This document shows positions 12,582 through 26,480 of a DNA stretch of 64,000 nt, piece after piece (positions within the stretch are counted from its first letter, which is position 1; each line of letters begins with the position of its first letter). The stretch spans positions 306,218,001 through 306,282,000 of the forward strand of contig OZ024742.1 of NCBI GenBank assembly GCA_964016885.1. The letters run 5' to 3'. The notes below the pieces were generated by a model. The model was not told the origin of the DNA, did no database searches, and saw only the letters and a program-made list of their open reading frames with translations. This DNA comes from Eledone cirrhosa (lineage: Eukaryota). The position numbers were made by a program, and so were the translations under genes.

Positions 12582-12770
12582 ATTGTTTTTACTTTTGGCA
12601 TAAGGCCAGGAATTACCCCAGTGCATTATTATTGCTTTATTTTATCGATCCCGTAAGCATGAAAGGCAAAGTAAACCTCGGCAGGATTTGAACTAAGATC
12701 GTAAAGGGCTATTACTCTATGTGCCAAAGCATGGTGTCTCACGCTTTACCGATACTGCCAATCCACCGTT
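12582..12770 (-). mobile_element. tRNA-derived SINE
   Basis: Same family as 35455-36070. Confidence 0.85.
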
Positions 12771-12779
12771 ATAATAATG

Positions 12780-12905
12780 ATTTCTAATTTAGGCACAAGG
12801 CCAGCAATTTTTGGGGAGGGGAGGAAATGTATAGACCCCAGTATTTGAATGGTACATACGTAAAAGAGAAAAGCAAAGTTGACTTCGGCTGTATTTGAAC
12901 AGAAA
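12780..12905 (-). mobile_element. Truncated SINE copy
   Basis: 3' part and GCAAAGTTGACTTCGGC..TTTGAAC match the family. Confidence 0.65.
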
Positions 12906-13009
12906 ACATAAACACCTGTACATAAATGACACAAAACATTTTTTCTTGTATATAAATAAATATATATATAACAATATGTATATAAATAAATATATATATA
13001 TAACAATAA

Positions 13010-13046
<37 letters not shown>

Positions 13047-13183
13047 AAGGTTAAACAAGGTTCAATGAATAAATCAAAGAATGAGTTTTAAAATAGATTG
13101 GAAGCACTCAACTGTGTGGTTTTCCGGAGTTATTAATATTAATTAAAAATATTAACAAAAATAGACATTCGTGTGATCAAGTA

Positions 13184-13250
13184 TATTTTATTATACATAT
13201 TTCAGAGGTACTGAGCTAACTTCAACAGTACGTCCTCGTCAGATAAAATA
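13184..13250 (-). ncRNA. Minimal type I hammerhead (F4)
   Basis: Stem I TATTTTAT/ATAAAATA; CTGACGA; GTACTG/CAGTAC in stem II; GAAA-TATGTA-TA. Confidence 0.82.
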
Positions 13251-13526
13251 AGATGATGCATGACATACACTGACATAGTAGATGGTTAAGATCCAGTCAT
13301 GTTAGTGAATAAGATATGACAAAACTCAATATTTATATACCTTAAGATTGAGACTTGAAAAATTTTACATAGGGTGCGTGTGAGAAAGTTTAAAAATACA
13401 TAATAGCAATTTACATAACTGTTAGAGATTCAAATAATTTAAATTATTGAAGAAAGAAGAAAGAAGAAAGACAGAGGGAAACCGATGAGGAGAAAATATA
13501 GTTACTAGAAGTATAGAAAGCAAAAG

Positions 13527-13873
13527 ACTATCACATACAACTATATTGGTGCAACTTCATCGACATTTAAATCAAGATTTTCGAATCACAAATGCTCTTT
13601 TTCGAATCCTAATAGGGTAATCTTTGACTTCTTTATCACAACTTAAAAGACAAAAATTGTAAATACTCGATTTCTTGGTGGAAGCTGTGTAATAGTCGAA
13701 TCTACTTGAATTCTTCAATATAATCTAACTGCAATCTCTGTACCATGGAGACCCTATTAATAATTACTAATTATGAAAATTTAATTGACAAAAAAAGTGA
13801 ATTACTCTCAAATTGCCTTCATAAAGCTTCCTCAACATACCAAGCCTCGCAAAAAGTCAGGGAAAAACAGTAA
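13527..13873 (+). pseudogene. PLE GIY-YIG endonuclease C-terminal remnant (absent from ORF track)
   Basis: Manual translation: YIGATSSTFKSRFSNHKCSF … CNLCTMETLLII…LIDKKSELLSNCLH…*. Confidence 0.85.
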
Positions 13874-15961
13874 ATAAATAGGTTCTAATTTTTTGACGTT
13901 TCTTATCAACTGAGTGCGTAAAACATTATAACACATTATAAAACCTTATAATAATTTTTTAATTTTTTATTCTTTTAAGATAAGATTAATGTTAGATTAA
14001 TGGGTTCTATATAGGTATACAAACATATAAATTCTTAACATGATCTCTTGATGAATATGCATATCATTTGATTGTGTAGATACATTTAATTTGATTGAGA
14101 TTCTTGTATATTTTTTTTAATATATAGCTTATATGGTAAACAGTTCTAATGAACCGTAAATCATTCATGCATTTATGTATTTGTGTATTTATTCTGTTGG
14201 AGTATGATAGTTTTACGATTCAGGATGTTTGATTTATATATTTATATTTATTTATATTTATTTATGTATATGCGTCGCACACGATCCTAGTCGAGAAACT
14301 TTTTTCACTTAACTTGATGTAAAACTTCAATTATAACTTTACTAACAATGATTGTATTTATTATTTATTATATGTATATGGATCACTAATATCGTCTTGC
14401 GTTCCGAACAGAGTACTCTATATATATTTGGACAAATGTGTATATCTAGTATAATAACATGCTTCTGGCTACATTTATAAGTACTTTAGATACTTAAGGA
14501 CATTCTAGTGTTAAAATTGTTAAATATTTTCTAAATTATATAAGGATTATTATTTTTTTATTTAATTAAATTCGGATTACCTTCGGGTCAATGAAAATCT
14601 TAAGTTTTCTCTTTCTCGTGTTTGTAGACACTTTAAATATGATATTATACTAAAATATAGATCCTTTAAAAAATGTTCTTGTATTTTTAAATTATATAGC
14701 TTAGATATTTGGCACTTTTATGATCGCAAACAATTTACTTTTTTACTTTGAATCTCGTTCTTATCCTTATGATTCACGAAGTTTGATTTGTATATGTATA
14801 GTATATATGTATTACATGATCCTAACATAATAACCTTAATTTTTAACAATATTAACAGTAACTTATTTATTATATTATATTATATTATGTTATGTATAAC
14901 TGACTAATATCTTCTTGAACTTTAGACAATATGCTCTTTGTGTATATATTTAGACAAATGCATATATCTAATTTAATAATACCATTTTTTAAGTTTAATT
15001 ATAAGGCCTTTAGATACTTTAAGGCATTCTAATTGTTAATTTTTAATTTTTAAGGTTATAACTGTAATTATTTTCTAAATTATATAATGTGAATTATTTC
15101 AATATAAATTTTTTTTTTCATATAATATAAGATAATATACTTTAATATGGATTACCTTCGAGAGGATGAACATATTAAGTATTCCTTCTAATGTTTGCAA
15201 ATACTTTAAATATGATTTTATAAATTAAATATGATAGTATACTTTAATATTAATATAGATATTTATAATCTTTTATAGCCTGAAATATATATACATTTTG
15301 ATTAATTCATTATTCTAAACTAACATAAATGATTTGAAATTTAACGGTCAGCCGGATACGTTTGGATATATATCGTGTATATAATTAATTGTTAGTATAT
15401 TTCTAATTAACTAAGGACTCGAAATTAAACCTTCATATAATTACACCCATATATATTTAATATTTAGATAGATGGATACTTCTAGATAATTCAATAATTC
15501 AAAGATTCGAGTTTAATCTTTCACAAAGCTATGCCTAAATGTTTATTCATGTGTTTGTATAGATATATATAATTTTTGCATTATCCAATCACACCCTATT
15601 CACCCACGACAATACAACCCTCCTCTCTATGCTTTATACTATAAAAATGATTACTCCTTGTCTCTCTATCCTTGATCAATTCTCTTTTGCTTTCTACACT
15701 TCTAGTAACTATATTTTCTCCTCATCTGTTTCTCTCTGTCTTTCTTCTTTCTTCAATAATTTAAATTATTTGAATCTCTAACAGTTATGTAAATTGCTAT
15801 TATGTATTTTTAAGCTTTCTCACACGCACCCTCTGTATTATATGTAAATTTTTTCATGTCTCAATCTTAAGGTATATAAATATTGAGCTTTGTCATATCT
15901 TATTCACTACCACGACTGAATCTTAACCATCTACTATGTCAGGATATGTCATGCATCATCT

Positions 15962-16028
15962 TATTTTATCTGATGAGGACGTACTGTTGAAGTTAGCTCA
16001 GTTCCTCTGAAATATGTATAATAAAATA
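15962..16028 (+). ncRNA. Minimal type I hammerhead (F4)
   Basis: Same fold with CTGATGA core. Confidence 0.82.
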
Positions 16029-16069
16029 TACTTGATCACACGAATGTATATTTTTGTTAATATTTTGAA

Positions 16070-16131
<62 letters not shown>

Positions 16132-16137
<6 letters not shown>

Positions 16138-16197
16138 TAACAGATTAAGGTTTAAGCAAAGCATCGGTGCTTTCACGCTTAACGAGATCTTCTTATG

Positions 16198-16200
<3 letters not shown>
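16132..16200 (-). mobile_element. Short tail-less F1 fragment
   Basis: Matches 9440-9502. Confidence 0.65.
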
Positions 16201-16236
<36 letters not shown>

Positions 16237-16327
16237 CGAAGGAAATGTGGTAAGGAACCAGGTGGACCATAACGCACCAAAGTACTCAATACTTGAGGTA
16301 GTAGAGTGGGTAATAGGAACCAGTAAG

Positions 16328-16421
16328 ACCCCGACAGCTGAGCTCAAGCCGTTTCGACGGCTAATTCTGGACTAAATGAAAATTTATCCTGGTATTTAAA
16401 TAGCCGATCTTCTCAAGGGGT
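16328..16421 (-). ncRNA. Type I hammerhead, U3-A8 core variant (F3)
   Basis: Reverse complement of 17042-17135. Confidence 0.8.
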
Positions 16422-17041
16422 AATTCCATATATGGTCAAAGTGATTGTCAAAAATCAGTAGTAATTCTGTGGTTGCAAATTAGTAGGGGAGATGGTGGCT
16501 AAACCTGCCAGTAGGAGAAAGAGGGGAGGGGGTGGAGTAGACCCAATCAAGCGTTGGTAGTGCCAGCTACAGCTGGGCATGAGGTCAAAGAAGATACAGG
16601 GGAGGGGGGGGGAGGAAGTCGGAACGGTAGGTAGAACAATGGGGGGTAGAAATAGGAAAAAAAAAAAAAAAAAAAAAATACTGAGAGTGAAGAAAGGCAA
16701 ATAAGTGTAAAGAAAAGTAAAGTAAATTAAATTTTACTTTACTTTTCTTTACACTTATTTGCCTTTCTTCACTCTCAGTTTTTTTTTTTTTTTTTTTTTT
16801 TTTGCCTATTTCTACCCCCCATTGTTCTACCTACCGTTCCGACTTCCTCCCCCTCCCCCTCCCCTGTATCTTCTTTGACCTCATGCCCAGCTGTAGCTGG
16901 CACTACCAACGCTTGATTGGGTCTACTCCACCCCCTCCCCTCTTTCTCCTACTGGCAGGTTTAGCCACCATCTCCCCTACTAATTTGCAACCACAGAATT
17001 ACTACTGATTTTTGACAATCACTTTGACCATATATGGAATT

Positions 17042-17135
17042 ACCCCTTGAGAAGATCGGCTATTTAAATACCAGGATAAATTTTCATTTAGTCCAGAATT
17101 AGCCGTCGAAACGGCTTGAGCTCAGCTGTCGGGGT
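17042..17135 (+). ncRNA. Type I hammerhead, U3-A8 core variant (F3)
   Basis: Stem I ACCCC/GGGGT; core TTGAGAA; stem II GATCGGCTA/TAGCCGTC; GAAA; stem III ACGGCT/AGCTGT with TGAGCTC loop; GUC site. Confidence 0.82.
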
Positions 17136-18374
17136 CTTACTGGTTCCTATATATATATATATATATATATATAGCAAACAAGGGAAAGTATCCTGACGGC
17201 ACCGCCAGTTTTTGTTCTGTATACAAATATACGTTAGCCGATATTCATAAGCGTAAAAATTAAAAGCTTTTAGGTTATTTCGTCTTAGTATGTAAGAGGA
17301 ATGAGCTCCTGTGACGACGATTAATGGACGAGAAACGGTGCCGCTCTTATTTGGCTGCCAAGAATAAACCGTAAAAATTCGTATTGAAGCTATAACATAT
17401 TTATTTACGTGGACATCTCGTTATGATCCAAAATTGAACCCCGGTCACGTACCAATCACATTATTTCAGTTCATCACTACCCCTCATATATAACGTTCCT
17501 TCATATTTTCCCATTTCTTATTCATTCGTTTTCTTACTCTTCATTGATAGGGAGTCGAAATATCAGATCCCTTTTTCTATTCGGCAAAAATATTTCCAAT
17601 CTACACAGACATTTTTGTGTTTATATTTTTTCAACTACTTGTCTTTTTTTTTTTTTACTTTTTACCTACTGATTTAAACCCTCACGTTTTAAAAGTTTAT
17701 CTCTCTTTTCTGAATGTATCTATGTATATCTTTCATCGAGGTATATTGGCAATGAATGGAACCACCGTAAACCGAAACAAAAAAAAAACACCTTTTCGAA
17801 CGAATATTTTTTTCGAAATTTGTGTTTCACTGAGTTACAGACAGTTTTGTCTGGCACCGTCAGAAATGCAATGAACCAGTGATTTGTCCATTGAAAGTAA
17901 ATAACCAAGTATGCTATTGTTTACAATCTGCGATGTCAAATATGATAAACATATATAAAATATAAAAGAAAAAATACACAAATAATGATAATATAACAAA
18001 GCGCAAGAAAACAACACAATAACAAGTAAAAGTAAATAAATAACAAAATTGAAAAACCTAGTAAGAATGGCAGAAATAATAAACACATGAATATATTGGT
18101 GAAAGTGAAGAAAAAATGTGAGGGGAAAGAAAAGGAAAAAATACAAAATAATAATAAATAAGAGAAAATAATATATAGAAAGAAAAATATAAAAGAAAGG
18201 AATGAAAGATAGAATGGATAAATAAATGAATGAATGAGAGAAAAAGTTATGTGTACATTTATATATAGAAAAAAAGGAAAGGTAACAGCTAACAAAATGT
18301 AAATAAATAATCGAAGGAAATAAATAAATAAACATGTAATCCAATAGAAAACTGTCAAAGACATTATAGTGAAT

Positions 18375-18620
18375 CAAATCGAGATGTGATGGGATTTTAA
18401 CAATGAACGATATTTTGGGTTATGAACGAAAATAATTTTCGGCAATGGTGATGTAGCTAACTTAGATGTAGTGGGATTTATATTAGTATTGTCAGGAGAA
18501 GTAGGGTGTGAGGGGGTTGATTGATTTTGTGAGAGTTTTCTTTTTTGTCCTACTGACTCTGATTTGGAATCGATCCAATGTGTTACAAAAAAATTAGCGA
18601 ACGTTTAAACATGGGAGGAG
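18375..18620 (+). repeat. Dispersed repeat; second copy at about 20620-21220, interrupted by microsatellite
   Basis: Shared GAACGATATT.TGGGTTATGAACGAAAATAAT and TGTCCTACTGACTC.GATTTGGAATCGATCCAATGTGTT. Confidence 0.7.
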
Positions 18621-19029
18621 CGTATGTGTGTTGGTTTCTAGGGTATATGTGCATGTGTATGAGAGAGAGAGTGAGAGAGAGAGAAAGAGGAAGAGAAGGA
18701 GAGAGAGAGAGACAAAGAAGGAAAAACAGAGAGAGAAAAAAAAGAGCGATAGAGGTGAGAAGTAACTGTGAGAGATTGGGTGGAGTTTTAATTTGTGTGA
18801 TTGACACTGAAAAAATGTGTGATGTATTACAGATTATAGTGGTGTTTATGTTGTTACAGTTTTGTTTTTGTGTGTGTATGCCTGTACATGAATGTGTATG
18901 TGTACAACTGTGTCAATAACTGTATGTGTGTTTGCCTTATAAACTTATTTGTTTGTTGGGACATCAACGGTCATTAAGTTATATCGACATTTTCAAGGCA
19001 TAACCTGTCTCTTTGTAACCGAGGATTAA

Positions 19030-20200
19030 TATGCTCTGGGAACTCTTATGGTTCTTGGAAACAATTTTTATCTCATCACTGTCCAGTTTCTTTAAATGCA
19101 AACACTTTACTTGTGGCTACAGCGGAGATGCCCAATGTGGCCACGATCACAGCGAAACCAGTGTACTCCCTCTGCACATATTAATGGAGAGACGTGCTTC
19201 TACAACATTATTTGGAGTCAGAGAATGTATTGATATTCCGGCTATATTCATGTGTATATATCACTTACACTTTTCTGGCATATGTACGAAGACTAGTGTT
19301 TCTAGATTGACGGTGCATTAAAGTTGTAAGGTAACGTATACATGTGTGAATGTTTGGAAGAAATTGGGCGTTTCTTGTTTTGACAGAAATTGTAGATTTT
19401 AAAACTTATTGTGGCAAAATATTTTGCCCCGTGCTTTTCCAAATGGTTTCTCGTGTTTACTATTTTTGTCTCGTAGTGTTGTTAACGCGTAATATACAGA
19501 ACTTGCTATGATACGCAATGCCTTATTTTGTGTTCTCTGTCATTTCTGGTGGAAGGATTGGTGGGTCATCATAATCTATGAAGGATCCAGTATATTGTTT
19601 GCACACCATCGTTGTTTTCCCTTTTTCTAATTATGTTTGCTCACTGCTTTGCTTTCGTTATACTGTCTTCTATAAATGCTCTGAATGTTCTCGAAGAGTA
19701 GAATCTAATGCTTCTATCTTTTACATGTGTAATATGTTAGTAGTTAGATTTGTTATTAAATGCAATGACTGGCTGCATGTGATATATTCTGGTATTTGTG
19801 AAAAGGTGGGTGAAAATGGATGTAGTACGTGCTACTTAAATCCCGTTCGTATGGAACCAGGCCTCTAGATTTAACTGCAGTATTTTCTGGATAATGGAAG
19901 GATTATGTAAGTGTAATGTCCTCCGTATATAAATCTGTTTCTTTTTACTTTCTATAGTAAATATGTGGAAGGTGGTGAAAGTATTGATTCTTGTGTTACT
20001 CCATTCGGGCAAGCTCTGCTTTTGTACATGCTTCTCTTGTACGACACATAAGCTTAACAGCTTGAGAATTAATTCGGTATCCAGCATTACTTGCTGTTTC
20101 TTATATCGAGTTGATATATCGAGTTTATATATCAGAGCGTAGTGCCGAATGAAGTCAAACACTTTGCAGGGGCCGATTACAGTTAATATATTGTACGTAT
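19030..20200. pseudogene. Highly degenerate LINE (AP-endonuclease-like) remnants
   Basis: Broken motifs only (LCVVQE on minus, FNAKH-like on plus); many stops. Confidence 0.3.
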
Positions 20201-20846
20201 CAGAGTTTGATTTTCTTTATGTTTAAATCATGATTCAGTTTATAAGTATTTTGATGAATGAGTGTATTAAGCTGAACGTAATGTTTCTATTTAGGACGGT
20301 GGGATGCAAAATTTAGATATGTTAAGGATTATTGTTTCTATAATGTGCATAAGAGAGGAATCGTCCTGTAGTATTTTAGTTCAGGTGTGATTTTGTTTCT
20401 TGGAATTCTCAATAAATAGAAGAATGAGAAGAAAGAGTATACAAAACAAAGAAAAAAATAAATAGTATTAATGTAAATAGAATATAAGGGGGATGATAAA
20501 AGTAGATAACTAAATAAAAAAAAAGCGAATATAAAAGTACAAGAAAGAAATAGGGAATGAACGATGCAAATCATTAGAATTTTGTGGAAAAGGTTAGATG
20601 TGTTATAATTATTTTGATCCAAATGTGATAATTCAATTTATAAATGGAACGATATTATGGGTTATGAACGAAAATAATATTCGTCTGGTGTGATGCATGT
20701 GTCCCTGATGCAATGTGGTGTATATTGTTACTGTTAGAGAGAGTAGGTAGTGAGGAAGGTGATTTATTTTTGCGATATATTTTTATACATGCACACACAA
20801 ACACACAAAGACACACACACACACACAGAGACGCACAGACACACAC

Positions 20847-20880
<34 letters not shown>

Positions 20881-20986
20881 GCATATATATACATATATAT
20901 ACACATACATATATGTATGAATATATGCATGTATATACATATATACATATATATATATATATATGTGATATATATATGCATAAAAC

Positions 20987-21064
<78 letters not shown>

Positions 21065-21065
21065 A

Positions 21066-21150
<85 letters not shown>

Positions 21151-21583
21151 TTAATGTCCTACTGACTCCGATTTGGAATCGATCCAATGTGTTCCAATGA
21201 AATCATCGAATTTTTTAACATGAGATTTAGGTTCCTTTATACATCTGTGAAGTACAAGTGTGTGTGAGCTTGCGTATATGTGTGGGGGAAAGAGAAGAAG
21301 TAATGACTATTTGTTTGTGGGTGAAGTGATAGTTAGGCTGTTTATAGACACGGGAGAATGTTTTTTTCTGTTACTAAAGTTTGAGTATGAGAGATGTGGG
21401 GAATGTGGGAGGTTTTTGTTTGTGTGAGTATGTACGTGTCTATGTGTATGCTTGCATTATTGTTGTTGTAGAGCCCCAGGTTAACGTCAAAAATCCTAAA
21501 AAGAAAAGAATAACATTAAATATATAGATATAGTACCTACATCTCTGTTTCTCTTTCTCTCTCTCCCCCTCTTCCTCTCTCTG

Positions 21584-21695
<112 letters not shown>

Positions 21696-21826
21696 AAACC
21701 AACCAGGCATTAACAAGAACAGTTCTTAATAGATATTAGTAGAGAAAGTAGAATACAAATTTTATTTCAATGAAGTTTCGACTGTGATATGCCTCATGAC
21801 ATATAGTGAGATATATTTATATATAA

Positions 21827-21933
<107 letters not shown>

Positions 21934-22319
21934 TATGTATATATGTATATATATAGAGAGAGAGGGTGGTGTCAGGGAGGATGATAAAAAAAAATATATA
22001 TAGATATGTTGATATATATATATATATATATATGTGTGTGTATGTTTTTGAGTGCATGAATGTGAGTATGTGTGAAGTATATGAAATATAAGATATTCAT
22101 ATAAATGGTGAAATATACAAAGATATATAAAGGGAAATAGTAAGGGAAATAAAACAAGGAAAAAAGATAACAAGAAAAACAGAGTGAAAGGTGGAAAACA
22201 GTGTACGTATTTCTTGTTGGAAATCAAATGAGTAATGGTCAATACATCTGCATAGTAGAAGAATGAGGAAGAAATTAAAATATTGAATAATTTCATACAA
22301 GTGCAGCAGAAGGGAAATA

Positions 22320-22329
22320 TTACTACTAT

Positions 22330-22423
<94 letters not shown>

Positions 22424-22451
22424 ACTACTACTACTACTACTACTACTACTA
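22320..22451. repeat. (TAC)n/(TGC)n trinucleotide repeat
   Basis: Direct inspection. Confidence 0.97.
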
Positions 22452-22644
22452 ATTGTTAACATTAACAATATAAGATGCTGTGTTGACACTCGCCAAACAT
22501 TAATTCAGCCATCAAAACATTAACAAAATATAAAACGCATCTGTAGAAAAAAAATACACTTACGCACCTAACCACATACACACACACACAGAAGCATATA
22601 TACACGCAAACACACACACACACACATATATATACGCATATATA

Positions 22645-23290
<646 letters not shown>

Positions 23291-23669
23291 ATTGAGTACC
23301 TAATATTTGCACTAATCGCTGAAGGGCCACGTGTATAGACACAAGGCTTCATACACACAATTTGAACACAAATTAAATTTCTTTAAACAAAACCACCAAA
23401 AAGTAACTGCTATAAACCACATTTCTCAATTATCTAGCACGAGAAGCTAAAAAATAAAATAAGAAAATGACAAACGTGTGATTAGAATTCGGATTGAAAT
23501 CACAAAATGCAAACCCATGACATTATCAATAATCAATTCACCGGGAAAATACCAGAGAGGTTTTATTCGTAACTGAATACTTATTTTTGTGGAGAATTTA
23601 CCCACTAAGTTTTAAATGAACATCATTATCGAAACGTTTAATTGCTAATCTGGAAAGTGTAGTTATATA

Positions 23670-23762
<93 letters not shown>

Positions 23763-23817
23763 CAAACACAAACACACACAAACACACAAACACACACACA
23801 CACATATATATATATAT

Positions 23818-24591
23818 AGTGAGAGAGGGTAGAACACTGGAAGGTAATATACGTAGTGGTAGAGCACTCAGTCCATGGGACGAGTTATGTAGAAGTGGTA
23901 ACGCAACAGTTAGTTCACCAGACCTTCAGCCCATACTGGTCATGGTTATACGGAACAGGAGAACGACTATACGACGCGCATGCGCAGAACTGGTGACTTC
24001 ACCAAATCGGTACAAAGCGACGGGCGAAAGATGTAAGGGAGATAACTGTGAAAGTTCAGAAAAGAAGTTCGAGTTGATAAGAAAATTAGGATGTTGTTAT
24101 TCAATCCACAGCTTTGTAGTTATGCAAGAGGTGTTTCCAGACATGTGGACAACATGTGAAGATTTCATATCTTGAATTTAGACAATCGCTATTGCGTAAT
24201 CTCCTTAGAATGTTTATCCGTTCATCAACACACGGGTAAATATTCGAAGGAGATTACGCAATAGCGATAGTCTAAATTCAAGAAATGAAATGTTCACACA
24301 TTGTCCACATGTCTGGAAACACCTCTTGCATAACTACAAAGCTCAGGATTGAATAACAACAACATTCTAATTTTCTTATCAACTCGAACTTCTTTTCCGG
24401 ACTTTCGCAGTTATCTCCCTTACAGCTTTGGCCCGTAGCTTTGTATCGCTTGGGTGAAGTGACCGTTTCTGCGCATGCGCGTTTGTACGGTTGTTCTTCC
24501 TATTCCGTATAACCATGACCAGTATGAGCTGAAGATCCGCTAAGGTGAAACAATTGTTCTCGGTATGGTGAACTAACTGTTGTGTTACCAC

Positions 24592-24597
<6 letters not shown>
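23818..24597. mobile_element. Family F5 fold-back element
   Basis: Diverged inverted arms at about 23891-24220 and 24232-24595; tail 23818-23890 on the left only. Confidence 0.85.
24525..24562 (+). ncRNA. Minimal type I hammerhead (F5)
   Basis: TGAG-CTGAAGA-TCCGCTAAGGT-GAAA-CAATTG-TT-CTCG. Confidence 0.7.
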
Positions 24598-24649
<52 letters not shown>

Positions 24650-24750
24650 TTTGAGTATATGTTGGTTGTATACCACACCTTAATATGCAGATTGGAGCAC
24701 TCGACGAAGTGCGCAGGTTGTTTGGTTACTCCGGAGGAATTTAAAATAAA

Positions 24751-25273
24751 CTCAAACAGACCCGGGGACCCCCCACCGTTCCCGGGGTAAGACCACCATG
24801 TAACGCGAACAGGAGCCCCACACTAGGCACGCATAGGTCGACCACCCTCTGCAATTGCAGAAACCCCGAATGATGCCCCCTTAGTAATGAATGATTAGGA
24901 AGAACCTAATATACGGATGTAGGGTTAAAACCCCCAACTCCGAACACCTCTAAATAGGAACCACATCAAAGAGCTTTAAAGACCGTTGGTATAACCATCG
25001 CCATTCCTTCAATAGGGAGCCAAAAGGAAAAGTACGGCCCTTTCCGACCTGATCTGGAAGCTTAAGCTGGACAGGACCTCGTACTGTCTGGCCTGGTCCA
25101 TAATCAGGAAAGTTCCACCCGATAAAGGGGGATCTGGCATATGAAAACTATCTCTGAACGAGACCCTCGAGATATTAAGAGGTGGAAGCCGCCTGATAAA
25201 GCTCAGAACCGACTTCTTCGAGACATGCAGACACCTCAGGGCCGGGACCTTCCTCAAGCTATATGGACAGTAA
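24751..25273 (+). pseudogene. PLE GIY-YIG endonuclease remnant
   Basis: CNCRNPE, NLIYGCRVK, FKDRWYNHRHSF, TCRH motifs with multiple stops. Confidence 0.88.
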
Positions 25274-26266
25274 CAACACACTGAGATGTGAACTCCCCTC
25301 AAGCTATAGGGACTTCTCCAGAACATGTAGACACCTCTTGGCCGGACCTCCCTCAATCTATATGGGCAGTAACAACACCATATGTTGGGAACTCCCCTCA
25401 AGCCATAGAGGCCCACCCAGGCTGAGCAGACACCATGATAGCATAGAGATTGATTCTGACACAGCCTTTCTAATTTGGCCAACATCTGTATAACACACAC
25501 ACATTTTATTTTATTTGAATCTTCATTATTTTTATATTTCATTTGTTTTCTGTTTTCTTCACTTTATTGCCTTCTATTTGTTCATAGGCATGCCCTCCCC
25601 ACCACCACAACGAGAAATGGTGGCAGGATGGATGAAAAAACACACACAGATACTTCTTAATGTCAGCAGCAGCAAGACATAGGCTGACCCCAGCACCAAT
25701 ACAACTACCAAAATAAGTGTAGATGTCAGATGTACTTAACAATAGCAAAAACAAACACTACAGGTAGCCTCATCCCAGAAAGAATTTCTGTAGACTTTTG
25801 ACTGAGAAATGCTCTCACAACTGACTAATAGAAGGAGTGACCTTGCCAATCTTTCTAACATTGAGATTGGGTATAACACACACACATTTTATTTGATTAT
25901 CTTATTATATTTTGTTCTTTTACCATCTTATTCCTTCCACCACTTTATCATTTTTTTGGCTGACCCCAACACCACCACCACTACCAACATAAGAGTAGAG
26001 GTCACATGTACTTAACAATAACAAGAACAACCACTATAAATTGCTTCGCCTCAGAACGAATTTCTATAGACCTTTCACTGAGCAATGTTCTCACAACTGA
26101 CCAATGGAAGGAGATGTCCTTCGACGCTGAAATTCGTTTGTTTAAATTCATATGATTCCAGTTCCTCAGTGAAATAATAACCCAACCAAGAACTGGGCAT
26201 ATCAGAGTATTGACAAAGTTAAACACCTCAACAACATGTGTACTCGTCTCTACCACACTAATTCGG

Positions 26267-26321
26267 GCTGCCTGAAGAGGTCACAGCCAAAGATGGCTGT
26301 CACCGAAATATATATAGCAGT
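26267..26321 (+). ncRNA. Minimal type I hammerhead (PLE-A family)
   Basis: Core identical to 9124-9178. Confidence 0.87.
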
Positions 26322-26389
26322 AATAAACGAAGCCAAATTTTAAATATTTGACTTATTTATCTTATTTTATTTTATAAATATATATATAT

Positions 26390-26390
<1 letters not shown>

Positions 26391-26480
<90 letters not shown>
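26391..26480. repeat. (GATA)n microsatellite
   Basis: Direct inspection; a shorter (GATA)n lies at 30370-30393. Confidence 0.98.

Larger units (their letters stand above)
13044..16073 (+). mobile_element. PLE family F4, severely 5'-truncated, with inverted arm and long AT-rich 3' region
   Basis: About 13135-13520 is inverted at about 15695-16073; tail 13044-13135 is on the left only; endonuclease C-terminus inside; diverged internal duplication at about 14390-14720 and 14905-15290. Confidence 0.9.
16235..17148. mobile_element. F3 non-coding near-perfect palindromic element
   Basis: Arms at about 16313-16726 and 16733-17148 with a ~6-nt spacer; tail 16235-16312 on the left only. Confidence 0.93.
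24646..26375 (+). mobile_element. Second PLE-A family copy: inverted tail + endonuclease region + pLTR
   Basis: 24646-24750 is the reverse complement of the PLE-A tail (9225-9328); the body is homologous to 7320-9231 and ends without a tail. Confidence 0.92.

Noticed and set aside
17302-17347. CTGTGA…GAAACGGTGCCG hammerhead-like string
   Set aside because: Core lacks a nucleotide and stem II and the NUH site need several corrections; at best a decayed relic.
17815-17875. Minus-strand CTGACGG…GAAAC motif, similar to 59375-59400
   Set aside because: No convincing stem I or stem III.
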